64,000 nt of DNA from Candidatus Melainabacteria bacterium 17Bon1m (GCA_032128875.1 JAVLKG010000003.1:664874-728873), one strand, 5' to 3'. Numbered from the stretch's first letter, positions 39,009 through 49,838 are shown. Numbers and translations are program-made. The notes: generated by a model not told the origin, from the letters alone.

Positions 39009-41540
39009 TCAATCGACGGCCTTTAGCAGTTCATAGAAACCAACATTACTGCTTCTCAGCACCGCACGTAAATCAAAAAGCATGGTCAGCCGGTTGTTGA
39101 CCATTTTGATGGTTTCAGACCACCAGTGGTGCGCTTTTCCTTCAGCAGAAAGCTTTTGGACTTCTGTGTCTTTGTTGATATTGATGCTCAAAACCTTCGA
39201 CTCTTTCCAGTACTTGATCAATGTTTCCCTTCTGGACAAGTTCACCTTCGAATCCGGCGCTGTTGAATTGAGATATTGAAATGTGACTGGAGACAAATCG
39301 AGGCGCTCGGAATATTTTCCGAAAGCAGCACCCAGGGCATTTGGCTTGGCTTTGTCCGGCCGCCATCCGCCGTGTTGTTCAAGCATAGAGAGTGCCGCCA
39401 TGCCGGTACCGATTGCCGAAGTAGTGATAACTGTATAGTTTGCTGCCTTTACATCTTGTGGTTTGCCGGTTAAGCCGAGCGAAGTTGCAACGAGACCGAG
39501 AATGCCTCCCTGCAAAAAGTTGAGATTGTCTGTCAGTTGAGTAACCCTGTTTTTTAGCCTTTCCATGCGGTTCAAGGCTTTGAACTCCGAGTCTATTTCA
39601 TGCCCTATTTCATCGGCATCGGTAATCAAAGAAAGAAAACCTTCAAGCACTTGTCTTGTGACCAGCAGCTTGGCGTCCTCATCTGATTGCCGTTCAGGGG
39701 TCAGTAATCCGTGCACTCCGAGCAGTGTTGCTGCAGCATTAGCAGAAGGATTAAGCCCTGAGTTGGCGTCAGGAGGACTTGCAGAGATGGTCACAGGCCA
39801 GGCTTTGCGCAACAAATCCAGCAGCTCCACGTCGAACTCATTCAATTGTTGACGCAGAGAAGTTAGTAGGGCGATTCGATTTACGACCAATTTGATTGTG
39901 TCGCGCTTGCAAGACGGCATACTTCCTAGCCGCTCAAGGTTGCGCCGATCCTTGAGATTTACGGTAGCGACAGACCTTTTAGCCCATAATTCCATCAGGC
40001 ACTGGCGCCTGGTTTTGCCATCAGTTCTTTCGGGCGCGGGTGTATTCAGATAGTTCATGACCAAGGGGGAAAACCCTTTTTCAGACGCAGATTTCAGATT
40101 GAAAAAGTCTGCAAGCGAATTTGGTCCTGTTTCGTTTTTGCGCCAGCCCCCGTGCATTGCCAAAAGCGATGCACCAGTGAGAAGCAGACCAATCCCGCCA
40201 GAAACAAGCAAAATCTCGCCGCCTGTATTTGGAAATTTTTTCAAATAACAATAGCTGGCGGTAGAGCCGAAAACGCCATTCTGTATGAAGTTTGCTTCGA
40301 ATATCTTTTGCGTAATTCCGGACTGTCTGTCCGTCAACTGAGCCAGAACCACGTCAGCCTGGTAATTGAGCTCTTTCTGGCACCTGTCACCAGCGACTGC
40401 CATATCGAGGCCGCCCGAAATCATTGTCTCCAAAAGCGTGATTTGCAATTCCCGCTTTCTCTCACTGTCCCCGCCGGAGGCATTGAGGGAGTTTAGCTCA
40501 GCTAGTAGAGGCTCCAGGTGAAGCAGGCGAGCTGCATGATCGGCATTTTTTCCAAGAGATGGCGGGGAGCCGATGTTAGCATTTGAAGGCGTGTAGTCTG
40601 CATTTGTACTGCCCCTTGCCTGGTTTAGCAACGAGAGAAGATCAGAGTTGAAACCCTCAACGGTAGTATAGAGAGACCAGAGTAAAGTGAGTCGTCCATT
40701 GAGATAGCCTTGGCTCCTGGCTTTTCCGTCATCTATGCCGGAAAGCGTCTTCCTATTTGCCATGTCCGCTTTATAGTATTGCTTCCATTCGGCATTGAGA
40801 ACCTCTCTGCGGGTGCGGCTCTCGCCCGGTGCCGGCGAATCCAGGTATCGCATCACCAGTGGTGGCAGATCGGCGCCGTCAACAGGCTTGCCATTAACAT
40901 AAGACGACATAAATGCAGGCGGAGTTAGGTGTTTTGCTTTCGCGACCTTACCGTAGAGGATACCGACAGTGGGCAAGATGGTTCCCACCCCGCCGCTGAC
41001 GAGCGCCTGAGTAGATTCCGCAACAAACTTGTTGTGCAGATCGCTCACACTCGCGGTAATTCCTAAGACGCCGGATTGTGTGAAATTCACAGCATTGAAA
41101 ACTTGATTTACAGCGTTTTCTTTGCGCTGCTGCCGCATGACGGCATCATAGGTATAGGCGATCTCGAACTCTAACCGGCTCTCGGCAGCCTGCGTTTGCA
41201 GATCAGCCTCGAAAATTTTGCGCAGTACTTGAGCCCTGTAGTTATTAAGTTGATGCCGCTCGTTGCTCGAGCCAGCTCCGCTTCTGCGCAAGGAAATAAT
41301 TTGTTCTACTTGTTGGCGAATGCCAAGAATGTCTGCTGCCTGACCTGCGTCAGCGGACAGAGCATTTTCAGCAGGCAAGGCACCCTTCAATGGTAGGGCA
41401 CCATCAGTAGTATCAGCTGATGCGGCAAGGCCCCAGGGTTGAACTAGCAAGCATGCCGAAATGCAAACAGCATTACGCAAAAATCGAGAAATGGACTTGT
41501 GGAAAACTGTAGACGCCAAAGAATCGTCCAGCCGTTGCAA
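39009..41540 (-). CDS. Hypothetical exported protein with three tandem copies of an unrecognised ~250-aa domain
   Basis: Three copies of NF(T/I/L)QxG ... YL(D/N)(S/T)xAP ... (T/S)RR...W ... RxxxL; signal-like N-terminus; start codon uncertain. Confidence 0.8.
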   Translation of the reverse strand: MQRLDDSLASTVFHKSISRFLRNAVCISACLLVQPWGLAASADTTDGALPLKGALPAENALSADAGQAADILGIRQQVEQIISLRRSGAGSSNERHQLNNYRAQVLRKIFEADLQTQAAESRLEFEIAYTYDAVMRQQRKENAVNQVFNAVNFTQSGVLGITASVSDLHNKFVAESTQALVSGGVGTILPTVGILYGKVAKAKHLTPPAFMSSYVNGKPVDGADLPPLVMRYLDSPAPGESRTRREVLNAEWKQYYKADMANRKTLSGIDDGKARSQGYLNGRLTLLWSLYTTVEGFNSDLLSLLNQARGSTNADYTPSNANIGSPPSLGKNADHAARLLHLEPLLAELNSLNASGGDSERKRELQITLLETMISGGLDMAVAGDRCQKELNYQADVVLAQLTDRQSGITQKIFEANFIQNGVFGSTASYCYLKKFPNTGGEILLVSGGIGLLLTGASLLAMHGGWRKNETGPNSLADFFNLKSASEKGFSPLVMNYLNTPAPERTDGKTRRQCLMELWAKRSVATVNLKDRRNLERLGSMPSCKRDTIKLVVNRIALLTSLRQQLNEFDVELLDLLRKAWPVTISASPPDANSGLNPSANAAATLLGVHGLLTPERQSDEDAKLLVTRQVLEGFLSLITDADEIGHEIDSEFKALNRMERLKNRVTQLTDNLNFLQGGILGLVATSLGLTGKPQDVKAANYTVITTSAIGTGMAALSMLEQHGGWRPDKAKPNALGAAFGKYSERLDLSPVTFQYLNSTAPDSKVNLSRRETLIKYWKESKVLSININKDTEVQKLSAEGKAHHWWSETIKMVNNRLTMLFDLRAVLRSSNVGFYELLKAVD

Positions 41541-41779
41541 AATAATTTATTTAATTGACCCCACTGCAATTGAATCATCTTGACTATCGCACTGCTACCT
41601 AAAAGTTACCGGTTAGCGCATATTTGCGATAGGCTGTCCGGAATTCTGGAGACCACGTAGCTAATTTCTCCGCAAGTGTCGCGCAGTTCACTCTGGGGAT
41701 CGCTCTTGCCAAGAACATAATCGCGAGCGCATATGGTTCAATTGGCAAGCCCAACGACTGCTTCGACTCAAAGAATCCC

Positions 41780-44146
41780 ATGACGCAGGTTGTCATTCCA
41801 GCGCGGCTAATTGCACTATTTCTCGCATGCTTGTTAGTTGGGCAGTCGGTGATGCCGCTCGCAGTGTTTGGAGCGATTGAATTACGCGGACTTTCAGGGG
41901 ATTTCGAAGCGGCAGACATTCTCGGTGTGCGCAGCAATGTCGATCGCATTCTTGAGTTGCAAGCCGTCGGCGGTGAGCCCAGCGAAGAGTTGCTATACAA
42001 CAAAGCGATCGTTCTCAGGCGGCTCCTTCTTGGCTATTTGGAAGTTCGCCAAACTTCTGATCTGCTGGATGAAGCAATCGACGACACGTACGATGCAATT
42101 GATAAGCAAGTGCGAACCGTCAACCGTCGCGTCGAGCTGGCCAACATAGCCAACTTCACGACATTCGGCGTGCTCTTTAACATCGGGGCGGCCGAGCGGC
42201 TATCGAAGCGATTTAATAATTCGGTCTATTTGACATTTGTCGGGGCTTCGTTGAGTGCCGGCATCGGAGCTGCTGCTGTAGCTCTTTCTTATTCGGGGGC
42301 ATCGAAAGATCGAACTCGCCCCAACCCACTTGCGAACATTTTTGGATTGAATACAGTTTCAGTTCCGTTGCCTGAGTTGGTTAGCAAATACATCAATGCG
42401 ACGCCCAAAGGAAAATCACAGTCGCGCAGGCAAGCAATGCTCGATCTGTGGAAAAAGGAATTCAGTCTGAAAGAATCAATCACTTCTCGAGAAATCCTTG
42501 CGGCTGAGTCGACTCAACGTCATCGCGCATCGGTGGGTCTACTCAATCATCGACTCGCGCTTTTGTTCTCGCTTAATGCGCTAGCCGAGGAATTCGATAG
42601 TGAATTGCTGGCCCTCCTGCGCGCAATTGAAAGCACGTCGGTTCCGGCACAAGCATCAAGCGATTCGATTCAGACAGTCGCAAATCAGTTAGGAACATCA
42701 GGTACTGAGGCCGCAAAATTGCTTCAGGTAGAACAGTGCACAGCAGATCTCATTCATATGAAAGTGGCAGGACCTAGTAATGACACTGATCTGCGAGCAC
42801 TGTCACTGGATCTATATGTGCTCGAAAAAATTCTCGGAGCGGCGTTTGAAGTGCGCCAGTTGGTCGACCGTATCGATCGAGAAAAACACTATCAATTTGA
42901 CGTTCTGTTGCCACAGCTTATACGCGTGCGTGATCGAGCCAACTTATTGAGCAACACTGCAAACTTCACTGAAATAGGGGTGTTGAAGAACATAGCTGCA
43001 AAAGACTTCTACCTCAAGCGTACACAGGCTGGCGTCCAGAAGATTATGATTATGGACGCTATTTCTGTCGCGATTGCTAACGCCAACTTTGTATTTCTCA
43101 AGCTCTATCGCCGCAAGCAAGTCTCTGAAATCAACGCGCTGGCAAACATTTTCAATTTTGATGTGCCAAGCGAATGTCGTTTTTCTCCCTTGATCTCAGC
43201 ATATTTGGAAAGTGTCCCTCCAGACTCAACAAAGGGCATGACCAGAAAACAGCTATTGATGGAGCGATGGAAAAAAGTAGGCAGATTGTCGAATAAGAAG
43301 GGCAGTGCGGAGGCGCTTGCTTCAATGCCTTCTATGCATAACAAGCGTGTGGAGACAATCGACCTGGTCAATAAGCGTGTGGAAATGCTGTTTGATGTTA
43401 GCGGCGCCGTTGAAACGCTGGATGCGGAGCTTTTGCAGCTGCTTACTGCTGTAATTCTGCCTGCGCCTGAAAATTCCACAGGCAATAAAATTGATAAACA
43501 GCTGATATTGACAAAGCGAGTTCTGCAACACGCGTTGGAGGTTCGCAGCGCCTCTGACCAGATCGACAATCAACTTTCGGATGAGTACACAGCAAGAGGT
43601 GCAATCCTTGCTTCACGCGCTCGTGGCGTTCAATACAACAATATTCTCAACTTTACTCAGTCTGGCATACTCGGGATTATTTCCTCAGGCTTAGTCATGC
43701 ACGACAAGGGCAATCATGCCTACGCTATAGATCTTGTAGCGGGCTCGACGGTATTGCTTTTGTCTACTGTAGCGCTGATTCAAGCGCGGATCGGGCGAAG
43801 GCCTTCAAAGCCTGAATTGAATGTGCTCGCGCACGTCCTTGTTCCCAGTGCTTCCGGCAAAGAGGCGATTCCCCAGTCGATCCGGCAATACTTGAATTCA
43901 CCCGCTGCAGAAAACGGAATGACTAGACGAGACTTATTGATTGAACGCTGGAAAAAAGCCGGTGTAATCACTACAAACTTGCAAAATCAGCGCAGCTTTG
44001 GCAAACTGTCCGCCAGTGCAAATCAAAGTAGAAGGGAAACCGTTCAGCTCATAAGTGATCGGATTGTGATGCTGCACGATGTGAAAACCACAATTGAATC
44101 GATGGACAAACAATTGGTAAGCGCTTTGAAAGAGGATATTAACTGA
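41780..44146 (+). CDS. Hypothetical exported protein, divergent paralog with the same three-fold domain repeat
   Basis: ANFTTFG / ANFTEIG / LNFTQSG; YINATP / YLESVP / YLNSPA; SRR / TRK / TRR...W; signal peptide. Confidence 0.8.
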   Translation: MTQVVIPARLIALFLACLLVGQSVMPLAVFGAIELRGLSGDFEAADILGVRSNVDRILELQAVGGEPSEELLYNKAIVLRRLLLGYLEVRQTSDLLDEAIDDTYDAIDKQVRTVNRRVELANIANFTTFGVLFNIGAAERLSKRFNNSVYLTFVGASLSAGIGAAAVALSYSGASKDRTRPNPLANIFGLNTVSVPLPELVSKYINATPKGKSQSRRQAMLDLWKKEFSLKESITSREILAAESTQRHRASVGLLNHRLALLFSLNALAEEFDSELLALLRAIESTSVPAQASSDSIQTVANQLGTSGTEAAKLLQVEQCTADLIHMKVAGPSNDTDLRALSLDLYVLEKILGAAFEVRQLVDRIDREKHYQFDVLLPQLIRVRDRANLLSNTANFTEIGVLKNIAAKDFYLKRTQAGVQKIMIMDAISVAIANANFVFLKLYRRKQVSEINALANIFNFDVPSECRFSPLISAYLESVPPDSTKGMTRKQLLMERWKKVGRLSNKKGSAEALASMPSMHNKRVETIDLVNKRVEMLFDVSGAVETLDAELLQLLTAVILPAPENSTGNKIDKQLILTKRVLQHALEVRSASDQIDNQLSDEYTARGAILASRARGVQYNNILNFTQSGILGIISSGLVMHDKGNHAYAIDLVAGSTVLLLSTVALIQARIGRRPSKPELNVLAHVLVPSASGKEAIPQSIRQYLNSPAAENGMTRRDLLIERWKKAGVITTNLQNQRSFGKLSASANQSRRETVQLISDRIVMLHDVKTTIESMDKQLVSALKEDIN

Positions 44147-44153
44147 GGAGCAC

Positions 44154-45119
44154 ATGACTCAAACTTCCACACAATCAAAGCAATCTACGGACGATACTGT
44201 TCAGCTGACGAAGTTGTCGGTGAAAAGTAGTGATGTTGGTGAGCATATTGATTGGCTCACGAGACTAATGATGGTGGGCGTGGGCAGCGGTTCGGTCTTG
44301 TCCGCAGAGATCATTCCGTCGAACACACCCGATGAAAACGAGTGGACGTTGGTGCAGCGCTTTCATGATCACCATTTACTTGCTGAATGGCGAGAAAGTT
44401 CGGACCGTCAGGAATTATTGAAAGAACTGACACCGAGGATTGAAGCAAATCAGGTTGCCTTGAATGAATCTGTGACTTCCACCTATGGCACCGTAGGTAG
44501 TGTCGCGGTAGCGATTGTCACTGAGGTTAAGTCGGGACTGGAGGCGCCTTATCGCGAGTTTGAGAAGCAATTTCAGTCTGCTCAGGCTAAACGACGAGGT
44601 TATCGCGGCGTTTATTTGCAACCACCAACCAAGAAGACGCCTAACGTCTGGACAACCTTGATTCGATTTGATTCACCAGATGCCCTGGATGAATGGTTCG
44701 TTTCCGAGGAGCGAAAGAAGCTTTTAACACTTGCAGAACCAGTAGTAAATTCCACTGAATTTCAATCGGTGACAGGATCGTTTCCAGGCTGGTTCCCAGC
44801 TCAGGAAAAGGGGCAGCAAGGGCCACCTAACTGGAAGACAGCGATGTTGATTCTTTTAGGTTTGTATCCGATTGTCATGCTTGAAATTCGATTTTTGAAC
44901 CCGCAATTGCACAGTTTAAACTCGGCAGTTGTTAACTTCATCGGCAACTCCATAAGTGTTGCCTTGACGACATGGGTGACCATGCCACTTTTGATCAAAG
45001 CGTTTACGCCATGGCTGTTTCCTAAAAAGGATACTCCGGCGTGGGTTGGCCCGGTAAGTCTTGCGCTGCTCATTGCAGTTTTTGCAATTGAAATAGCGCT
45101 TCTATGGAGGTTGCTCTAA
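44154..45119 (+). CDS. Antibiotic-biosynthesis-monooxygenase (ABM)-domain membrane protein
   Basis: Two ABM-like halves (WTLVQRF, WTTLIRFDS...WFVSEER); GWF...PPNWKTAMLILLGLYP followed by TM helices. Confidence 0.8.
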   Translation: MTQTSTQSKQSTDDTVQLTKLSVKSSDVGEHIDWLTRLMMVGVGSGSVLSAEIIPSNTPDENEWTLVQRFHDHHLLAEWRESSDRQELLKELTPRIEANQVALNESVTSTYGTVGSVAVAIVTEVKSGLEAPYREFEKQFQSAQAKRRGYRGVYLQPPTKKTPNVWTTLIRFDSPDALDEWFVSEERKKLLTLAEPVVNSTEFQSVTGSFPGWFPAQEKGQQGPPNWKTAMLILLGLYPIVMLEIRFLNPQLHSLNSAVVNFIGNSISVALTTWVTMPLLIKAFTPWLFPKKDTPAWVGPVSLALLIAVFAIEIALLWRLL

Positions 45120-48100
45120 TGTCCGAATCGACAACTAATGCCAAAGAGCGTAGCTGCGAAGAGGAAGTCACTTACTCTGACCAGCTCGTATTTTGGCTTA
45201 ACGGCACTAGAGTGCAAGTCAACAACCCTGATCCGTCCACAATGTTGACAGAATATCTCCGCAAGGCTGGTTATACGGGTACTAAGGTTGTTTGCGAACA
45301 GGGCGGATGTGGTGCCTGTACCGTGATGGTTTCACATAAAGACCCTGTTGATGGAAAGCCTGTTCACCGTGCTATCAACGCGTGTTTAAAACCGGTTTGT
45401 TCCGTCGATGGCATGTCGGTTACAACAACTGAAGGCATCGGCAATGTGCATGATGGACTCGATCCCACGCAGTACTGTATTGCGAAATTCAACGGAACGC
45501 AGTGTGGATTTTGCACGCCTGGATTCGTGATGAACACGCACGCGCTTCTGCAGCAAAACCCAGAAGCGACCCAGCAGGATATCGAGGACAGTTTTGGCGG
45601 CAACCTTTGCCGTTGTACTGGGTATCGTCCAATTCTTCATGCCATGCGCACATTGGCGAAAGATTACGATGAATCCACTGACCAAACACAGAATTGCATA
45701 GTCGATCCTTGTTTTAAAGTTCAATGCAAACCTGCGCTCACTCAAGTTAATCTCGACGAACTACCGTCGCACGAATTGCCGGCGAGGGAGCTCCATTTCA
45801 CGGGGCAACGAGCGGAGTGGTTCCGTCCGTCGTGTTTGGAGCAAGTGCAAAGCCTGAAGAAGAAATTCAGTAAGGACTACGGCAAGGCTAATGTCAGATT
45901 AGTTGTAGGCAACACGGCCTCCGGCATTTATAGCGACGAGAAGCCCCGCGTCTATATCGATCTGACGGCCGTGCGCGAACTGGCAGAAATTCGCGAGACC
46001 AACGATGGGATTGTGGTTGGTGCGGCTGCTCCAATTCAACACATGCTTGATTTTGTCGGAGGCGTTATCGCTAAGCGCAGTCCTGACGAAACAAGCGGAC
46101 TGCAAGAACTAAAACGGCATGGCGCATTTGTTGCCGGATATCAGGTGAGAAGTGCAGGCAGCGTTGCTGGAAATATCTTCATGACTCGCGACCACGCCGA
46201 GCACGGTGGACCTTTCCCTTCTGATATATTTACCGTTTTTTGTGCTCTTGGCGTAACGATAACCATCGCTTCGGCTGAGTTCGATGGTGGCATGAAGACG
46301 TGTCTTCTCACTGAGATGCCGGCTGTTTCATCTCTGCCCGATGACGCGGTGATCTTATCCTTTCTAATTCCATTTACGCGCCAGCGCGAGTATGTTCAAA
46401 CCTACAGAATCGCCCGCCGTGTGCAAATGGCCCACCCGGTTGTAAACGCGGGCATGCGCGTCTCCCTTGATGAGAATGGCAACGTATTGCCGGGCAAGGC
46501 TTGCATCGTATTTGGTGGCTTGGCTTCACTAAACTGCCGCATGCCCAAGACAGAGAAGTTTCTCGAGGGCAAAGCTTGGAATAACGACACACTTAAAGCT
46601 GCGCTGGATACACTTTCTGCTGAAGTCGCCGACATCACCATAACGATGGACGAGGAAGGCTTCACCAATGAGTATCGGATGCAGTTGGCTCTGAACTTCT
46701 TCTACAAATTCTTCCTGTACGTGGCAATGCAGGTGAATCCGGCGATGGTGGCGCCGGAAAATCAATCAGGCGCATTCCATGACGAGCGGCCTCTCTCCCA
46801 CGGCACTCAGGAGTATCAGGAATATCCGGAGCTCTACCCGCTCACCAAGCCAATCATAAAGCGCGCCGCATTCGTTCAAGCTTCAGGAGAAATCAAATAC
46901 ACCTTGGATTTGACTCTGCCAGTTGGTGGCGTCCATGGTGCCTTGGTTAAAAGTGGCCGTCCACACGCCAAATTTTCGTTCACTAAAAACACGCCCGGGC
47001 TTCGTGAGCTGAAAGAACTTTTGGCTAAGCAGTTTCCTGACTTTGTCGACCTGATTACCTGCGACGATGTTCCGGAAGGTGGACAGTGTTATATCGGACT
47101 CAATGATGACGACCCTATCTTCTCCGACAAGATTGTCACCTCGGTTGGTGCGCCTATCGGGATGGTACTGGCGGAGACGATTGTAACCGCACGCGAAGCA
47201 TGTCAGTTCATCGAGAAAGAATGCATCGCATATGAAGACCTGCCCGCCGTACTTACGATAGAGGAAGCAATCAAACAGAATACGGCGATGCCTCAAGTGC
47301 GTAAAGCCAAAGATGAAGATGAGGACATTCAACAGCGCATTCCTACCATTACGCGTGACGGCAGCAATATGGAATGGCTTGAGAATCCGAAAAATCCACT
47401 ACCTGGAACGGAAGTTGTATATGGTAATTTTCGAACTTCAGCTCAAGCGCACTTCTATTTGGAGAGCATGTGCGCTTTAGCTGTTCCTGGACCATACAAT
47501 CAAATGTCCGTCCATTGCTCGACGCAAAATCCCAATGGTACGCAAGCAGCAGTTGCTCGGGCGTTGGGCGTGCAAAATAACCAAGTCTCCGTTGTCATCG
47601 AGCAGGTTGGTGGCGGATTTGGTGGCAAGCAGCACCGTGCGAATATCACTGGCGCGCAGGCGGCAGTTGCCGCTCGCAAGTCAAAGAGGGGCGTGCGTCT
47701 GATGTACGAACGGTCTACAGATATGCATGCCGTAGGAAAACGCCATCCTTATTCAGGTCAGTATCATGTTGCCTATACGCGAGACGGCATCATCAAAGCA
47801 ATGAAAATTGATTTGAATTCGGACGCCGGAGATACATACGACTGCACCTTCGCTGTAATGGATTCGAGCCTGCTCAATGCCGACCAGGCCTACATGATTG
47901 AAACATTGCAAGCTAATGGAACGGCGTATAAAACGAACAAGGCTAGCAATACGGCATTTAGAACGTTTGGTGTAGTGCAGGCGTGGGCGATTACCGAAAA
48001 CGCCATTGAGCACGTAGCGTGGAAACTATCGAAAGATCTCGGAAGAAAAGTTACTGCTGAGGAAATTCGCTACAAGAACATGTATCGCAATGGAACGAAA

Positions 48101-49294
48101 GATTCCTACGACACAACTCACTTCGGCCAAGAGCTAGATTTCTGCAATATCCGCGCCATCTGGGATGACCTTCATAAGTCGTCGGAATTTGAGAAGCGTC
48201 AGAAGGAAGTCGAAGAATTCAACAGCAAAAATCGCTGGCGCAAGCGAGCTATTGTTATGGTCCCGCAAAAACACGGCATCGGATTTACTGAGCCTCGCGG
48301 GTCGCTAAACTCTTCTACCGCGCATGTGACAGTAAACATGGCAGATGCCTCTGTGCTGGTCTATCACGGCGGTGTCGAGATGGGGCAGGGCGTCAATACG
48401 AAGATTGCTCAGCTTGCAGCGAATACACTGGGCATACCACTGTCCATGGTGCGCGTTGGTGGCAACAATACCGACACCATTCCCAACGCACCAGCAACAG
48501 CAGCCTCGACTGGATTTGATTTGAACGGTGGTGCTGTCGAGCAAGCGTGTCGCGTGCTGCGAAAACGGCTTGAAGATTTGTGCCGTGATTTGGAGCAGTT
48601 TACGCCACATAACAAAGTTGAGAACTGGCGCGAGGACTGGGCCGCGAAGTGGCCTGAGATCGTTTTCAAAGCCTGGTTTGAGCGCGTGAATTTGAGCGTT
48701 GCCGAACTATACAAAACGCCGCATTATAAAGGACCAACCGAGCGTAACCCGCGTGGCAGACCATTCCTTTACTTCGCGTATGGCGCAGCAGTCACGGAAG
48801 TTGAAATCGACGTACTCACCGGCGAGTTCAAAATACTTCGAGCTGATGTAGTTTGCGATGTGAATAAGTCTCCTAACCCGGCATTAGATATCGGGCAACT
48901 CGAGGGTGGTTTCGTCCAAGGCATCGGCTTTGCAACAACTGAGGAAATCATCTTCGACCATGAGGGCAAGCTGGTAACAGACAACATCTGGAGCTACAAG
49001 CCGCCGTGCACTAAAACCATTCCCATTGATTTCAGAGTACGTTTGCACCCTGTCGATGCGGCTCGCAATGAGCGAGAAGCGCTTGCGGAAAGGCATGCAG
49101 TGAAGATGTCAAAGTCATTCACCGAGTCTTCTTTGACCTTGGGTGCTTCAACGTACATTGCCATAAAGCAGGCAGTTAAAGATGCCCGAGAGCAACTCAC
49201 TGGAGAGAATGAGTTTCTGGACATGGATATGCCCATGACTTGCCAGCGCATTCAAAATCTGTGCGGCGTGTCTAAGGATAACCTGACGCTTTAA
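45119..49294 (+). CDS. Single-chain xanthine dehydrogenase/aldehyde oxidase family molybdo-flavoenzyme (2Fe-2S + FAD + Moco)
   Basis: CEQGGCGAC, QCGFCTPG, GNLCRCTGY, QVRSAGSVAGN, GGGFGGK, GVEMGQG and GQLEGGFVQG; ATG overlaps the upstream stop (TAATG). Confidence 0.92.
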   Translation: MSESTTNAKERSCEEEVTYSDQLVFWLNGTRVQVNNPDPSTMLTEYLRKAGYTGTKVVCEQGGCGACTVMVSHKDPVDGKPVHRAINACLKPVCSVDGMSVTTTEGIGNVHDGLDPTQYCIAKFNGTQCGFCTPGFVMNTHALLQQNPEATQQDIEDSFGGNLCRCTGYRPILHAMRTLAKDYDESTDQTQNCIVDPCFKVQCKPALTQVNLDELPSHELPARELHFTGQRAEWFRPSCLEQVQSLKKKFSKDYGKANVRLVVGNTASGIYSDEKPRVYIDLTAVRELAEIRETNDGIVVGAAAPIQHMLDFVGGVIAKRSPDETSGLQELKRHGAFVAGYQVRSAGSVAGNIFMTRDHAEHGGPFPSDIFTVFCALGVTITIASAEFDGGMKTCLLTEMPAVSSLPDDAVILSFLIPFTRQREYVQTYRIARRVQMAHPVVNAGMRVSLDENGNVLPGKACIVFGGLASLNCRMPKTEKFLEGKAWNNDTLKAALDTLSAEVADITITMDEEGFTNEYRMQLALNFFYKFFLYVAMQVNPAMVAPENQSGAFHDERPLSHGTQEYQEYPELYPLTKPIIKRAAFVQASGEIKYTLDLTLPVGGVHGALVKSGRPHAKFSFTKNTPGLRELKELLAKQFPDFVDLITCDDVPEGGQCYIGLNDDDPIFSDKIVTSVGAPIGMVLAETIVTAREACQFIEKECIAYEDLPAVLTIEEAIKQNTAMPQVRKAKDEDEDIQQRIPTITRDGSNMEWLENPKNPLPGTEVVYGNFRTSAQAHFYLESMCALAVPGPYNQMSVHCSTQNPNGTQAAVARALGVQNNQVSVVIEQVGGGFGGKQHRANITGAQAAVAARKSKRGVRLMYERSTDMHAVGKRHPYSGQYHVAYTRDGIIKAMKIDLNSDAGDTYDCTFAVMDSSLLNADQAYMIETLQANGTAYKTNKASNTAFRTFGVVQAWAITENAIEHVAWKLSKDLGRKVTAEEIRYKNMYRNGTKDSYDTTHFGQELDFCNIRAIWDDLHKSSEFEKRQKEVEEFNSKNRWRKRAIVMVPQKHGIGFTEPRGSLNSSTAHVTVNMADASVLVYHGGVEMGQGVNTKIAQLAANTLGIPLSMVRVGGNNTDTIPNAPATAASTGFDLNGGAVEQACRVLRKRLEDLCRDLEQFTPHNKVENWREDWAAKWPEIVFKAWFERVNLSVAELYKTPHYKGPTERNPRGRPFLYFAYGAAVTEVEIDVLTGEFKILRADVVCDVNKSPNPALDIGQLEGGFVQGIGFATTEEIIFDHEGKLVTDNIWSYKPPCTKTIPIDFRVRLHPVDAARNEREALAERHAVKMSKSFTESSLTLGASTYIAIKQAVKDAREQLTGENEFLDMDMPMTCQRIQNLCGVSKDNLTL

Positions 49295-49359
49295 TCGCGC
49301 CTATCAGTAAGAACGCATGGCGTGAAAACGTGATGGTGAGACATTTTGTGGAGGACAAT

Positions 49360-49836
49360 ATGTACGCTGGTGTCAAACTGGAAGTGCTCGAAACGGAATT
49401 CGAGCAATCGTTCGAGCGCGAACCTTATTCTTATTCATGGGGCTTTTTTGCTTACGACGACACCCCGGGTGCTTCGGGCGGTGGCGCTGGCAATTTCAGT
49501 TGGTTTGATAAGAAAGAAGAACTCGTTCGCTTTTTGCAAAAGTTTCCACTGCTTGCACACAGTTTGGGAACAACTGATGTAGAACTATTTGAGAAAGCCC
49601 AGCGCTATTTGTCGACTGTCACTACGGACAGTTTGGACCAGAAGACAGTAGACGAGTTCAATCAAATTATCAAAGGTGTTGAGCAAATCCAGTGGTTTGG
49701 TCAATTTTCTGATTTGTTGTCTGGTGAAACGGAATTTGCTCAAGGTTTGCGCAAGTTCTATTCTTCCTCCACACAACCGCTTACGAAGATCCAAATTCCT
49801 GAATTCGCAGAATTCTTGCGCAATTGGGGGCGCTAA
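49360..49836 (+). CDS. Hypothetical protein closely linked to the McrB-like gene
   Basis: GGAGG before the ATG at 49360; stop is 2 nt before the next ATG. Confidence 0.75.
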   Translation: MYAGVKLEVLETEFEQSFEREPYSYSWGFFAYDDTPGASGGGAGNFSWFDKKEELVRFLQKFPLLAHSLGTTDVELFEKAQRYLSTVTTDSLDQKTVDEFNQIIKGVEQIQWFGQFSDLLSGETEFAQGLRKFYSSSTQPLTKIQIPEFAEFLRNWGR

Positions 49837-49838
49837 CT

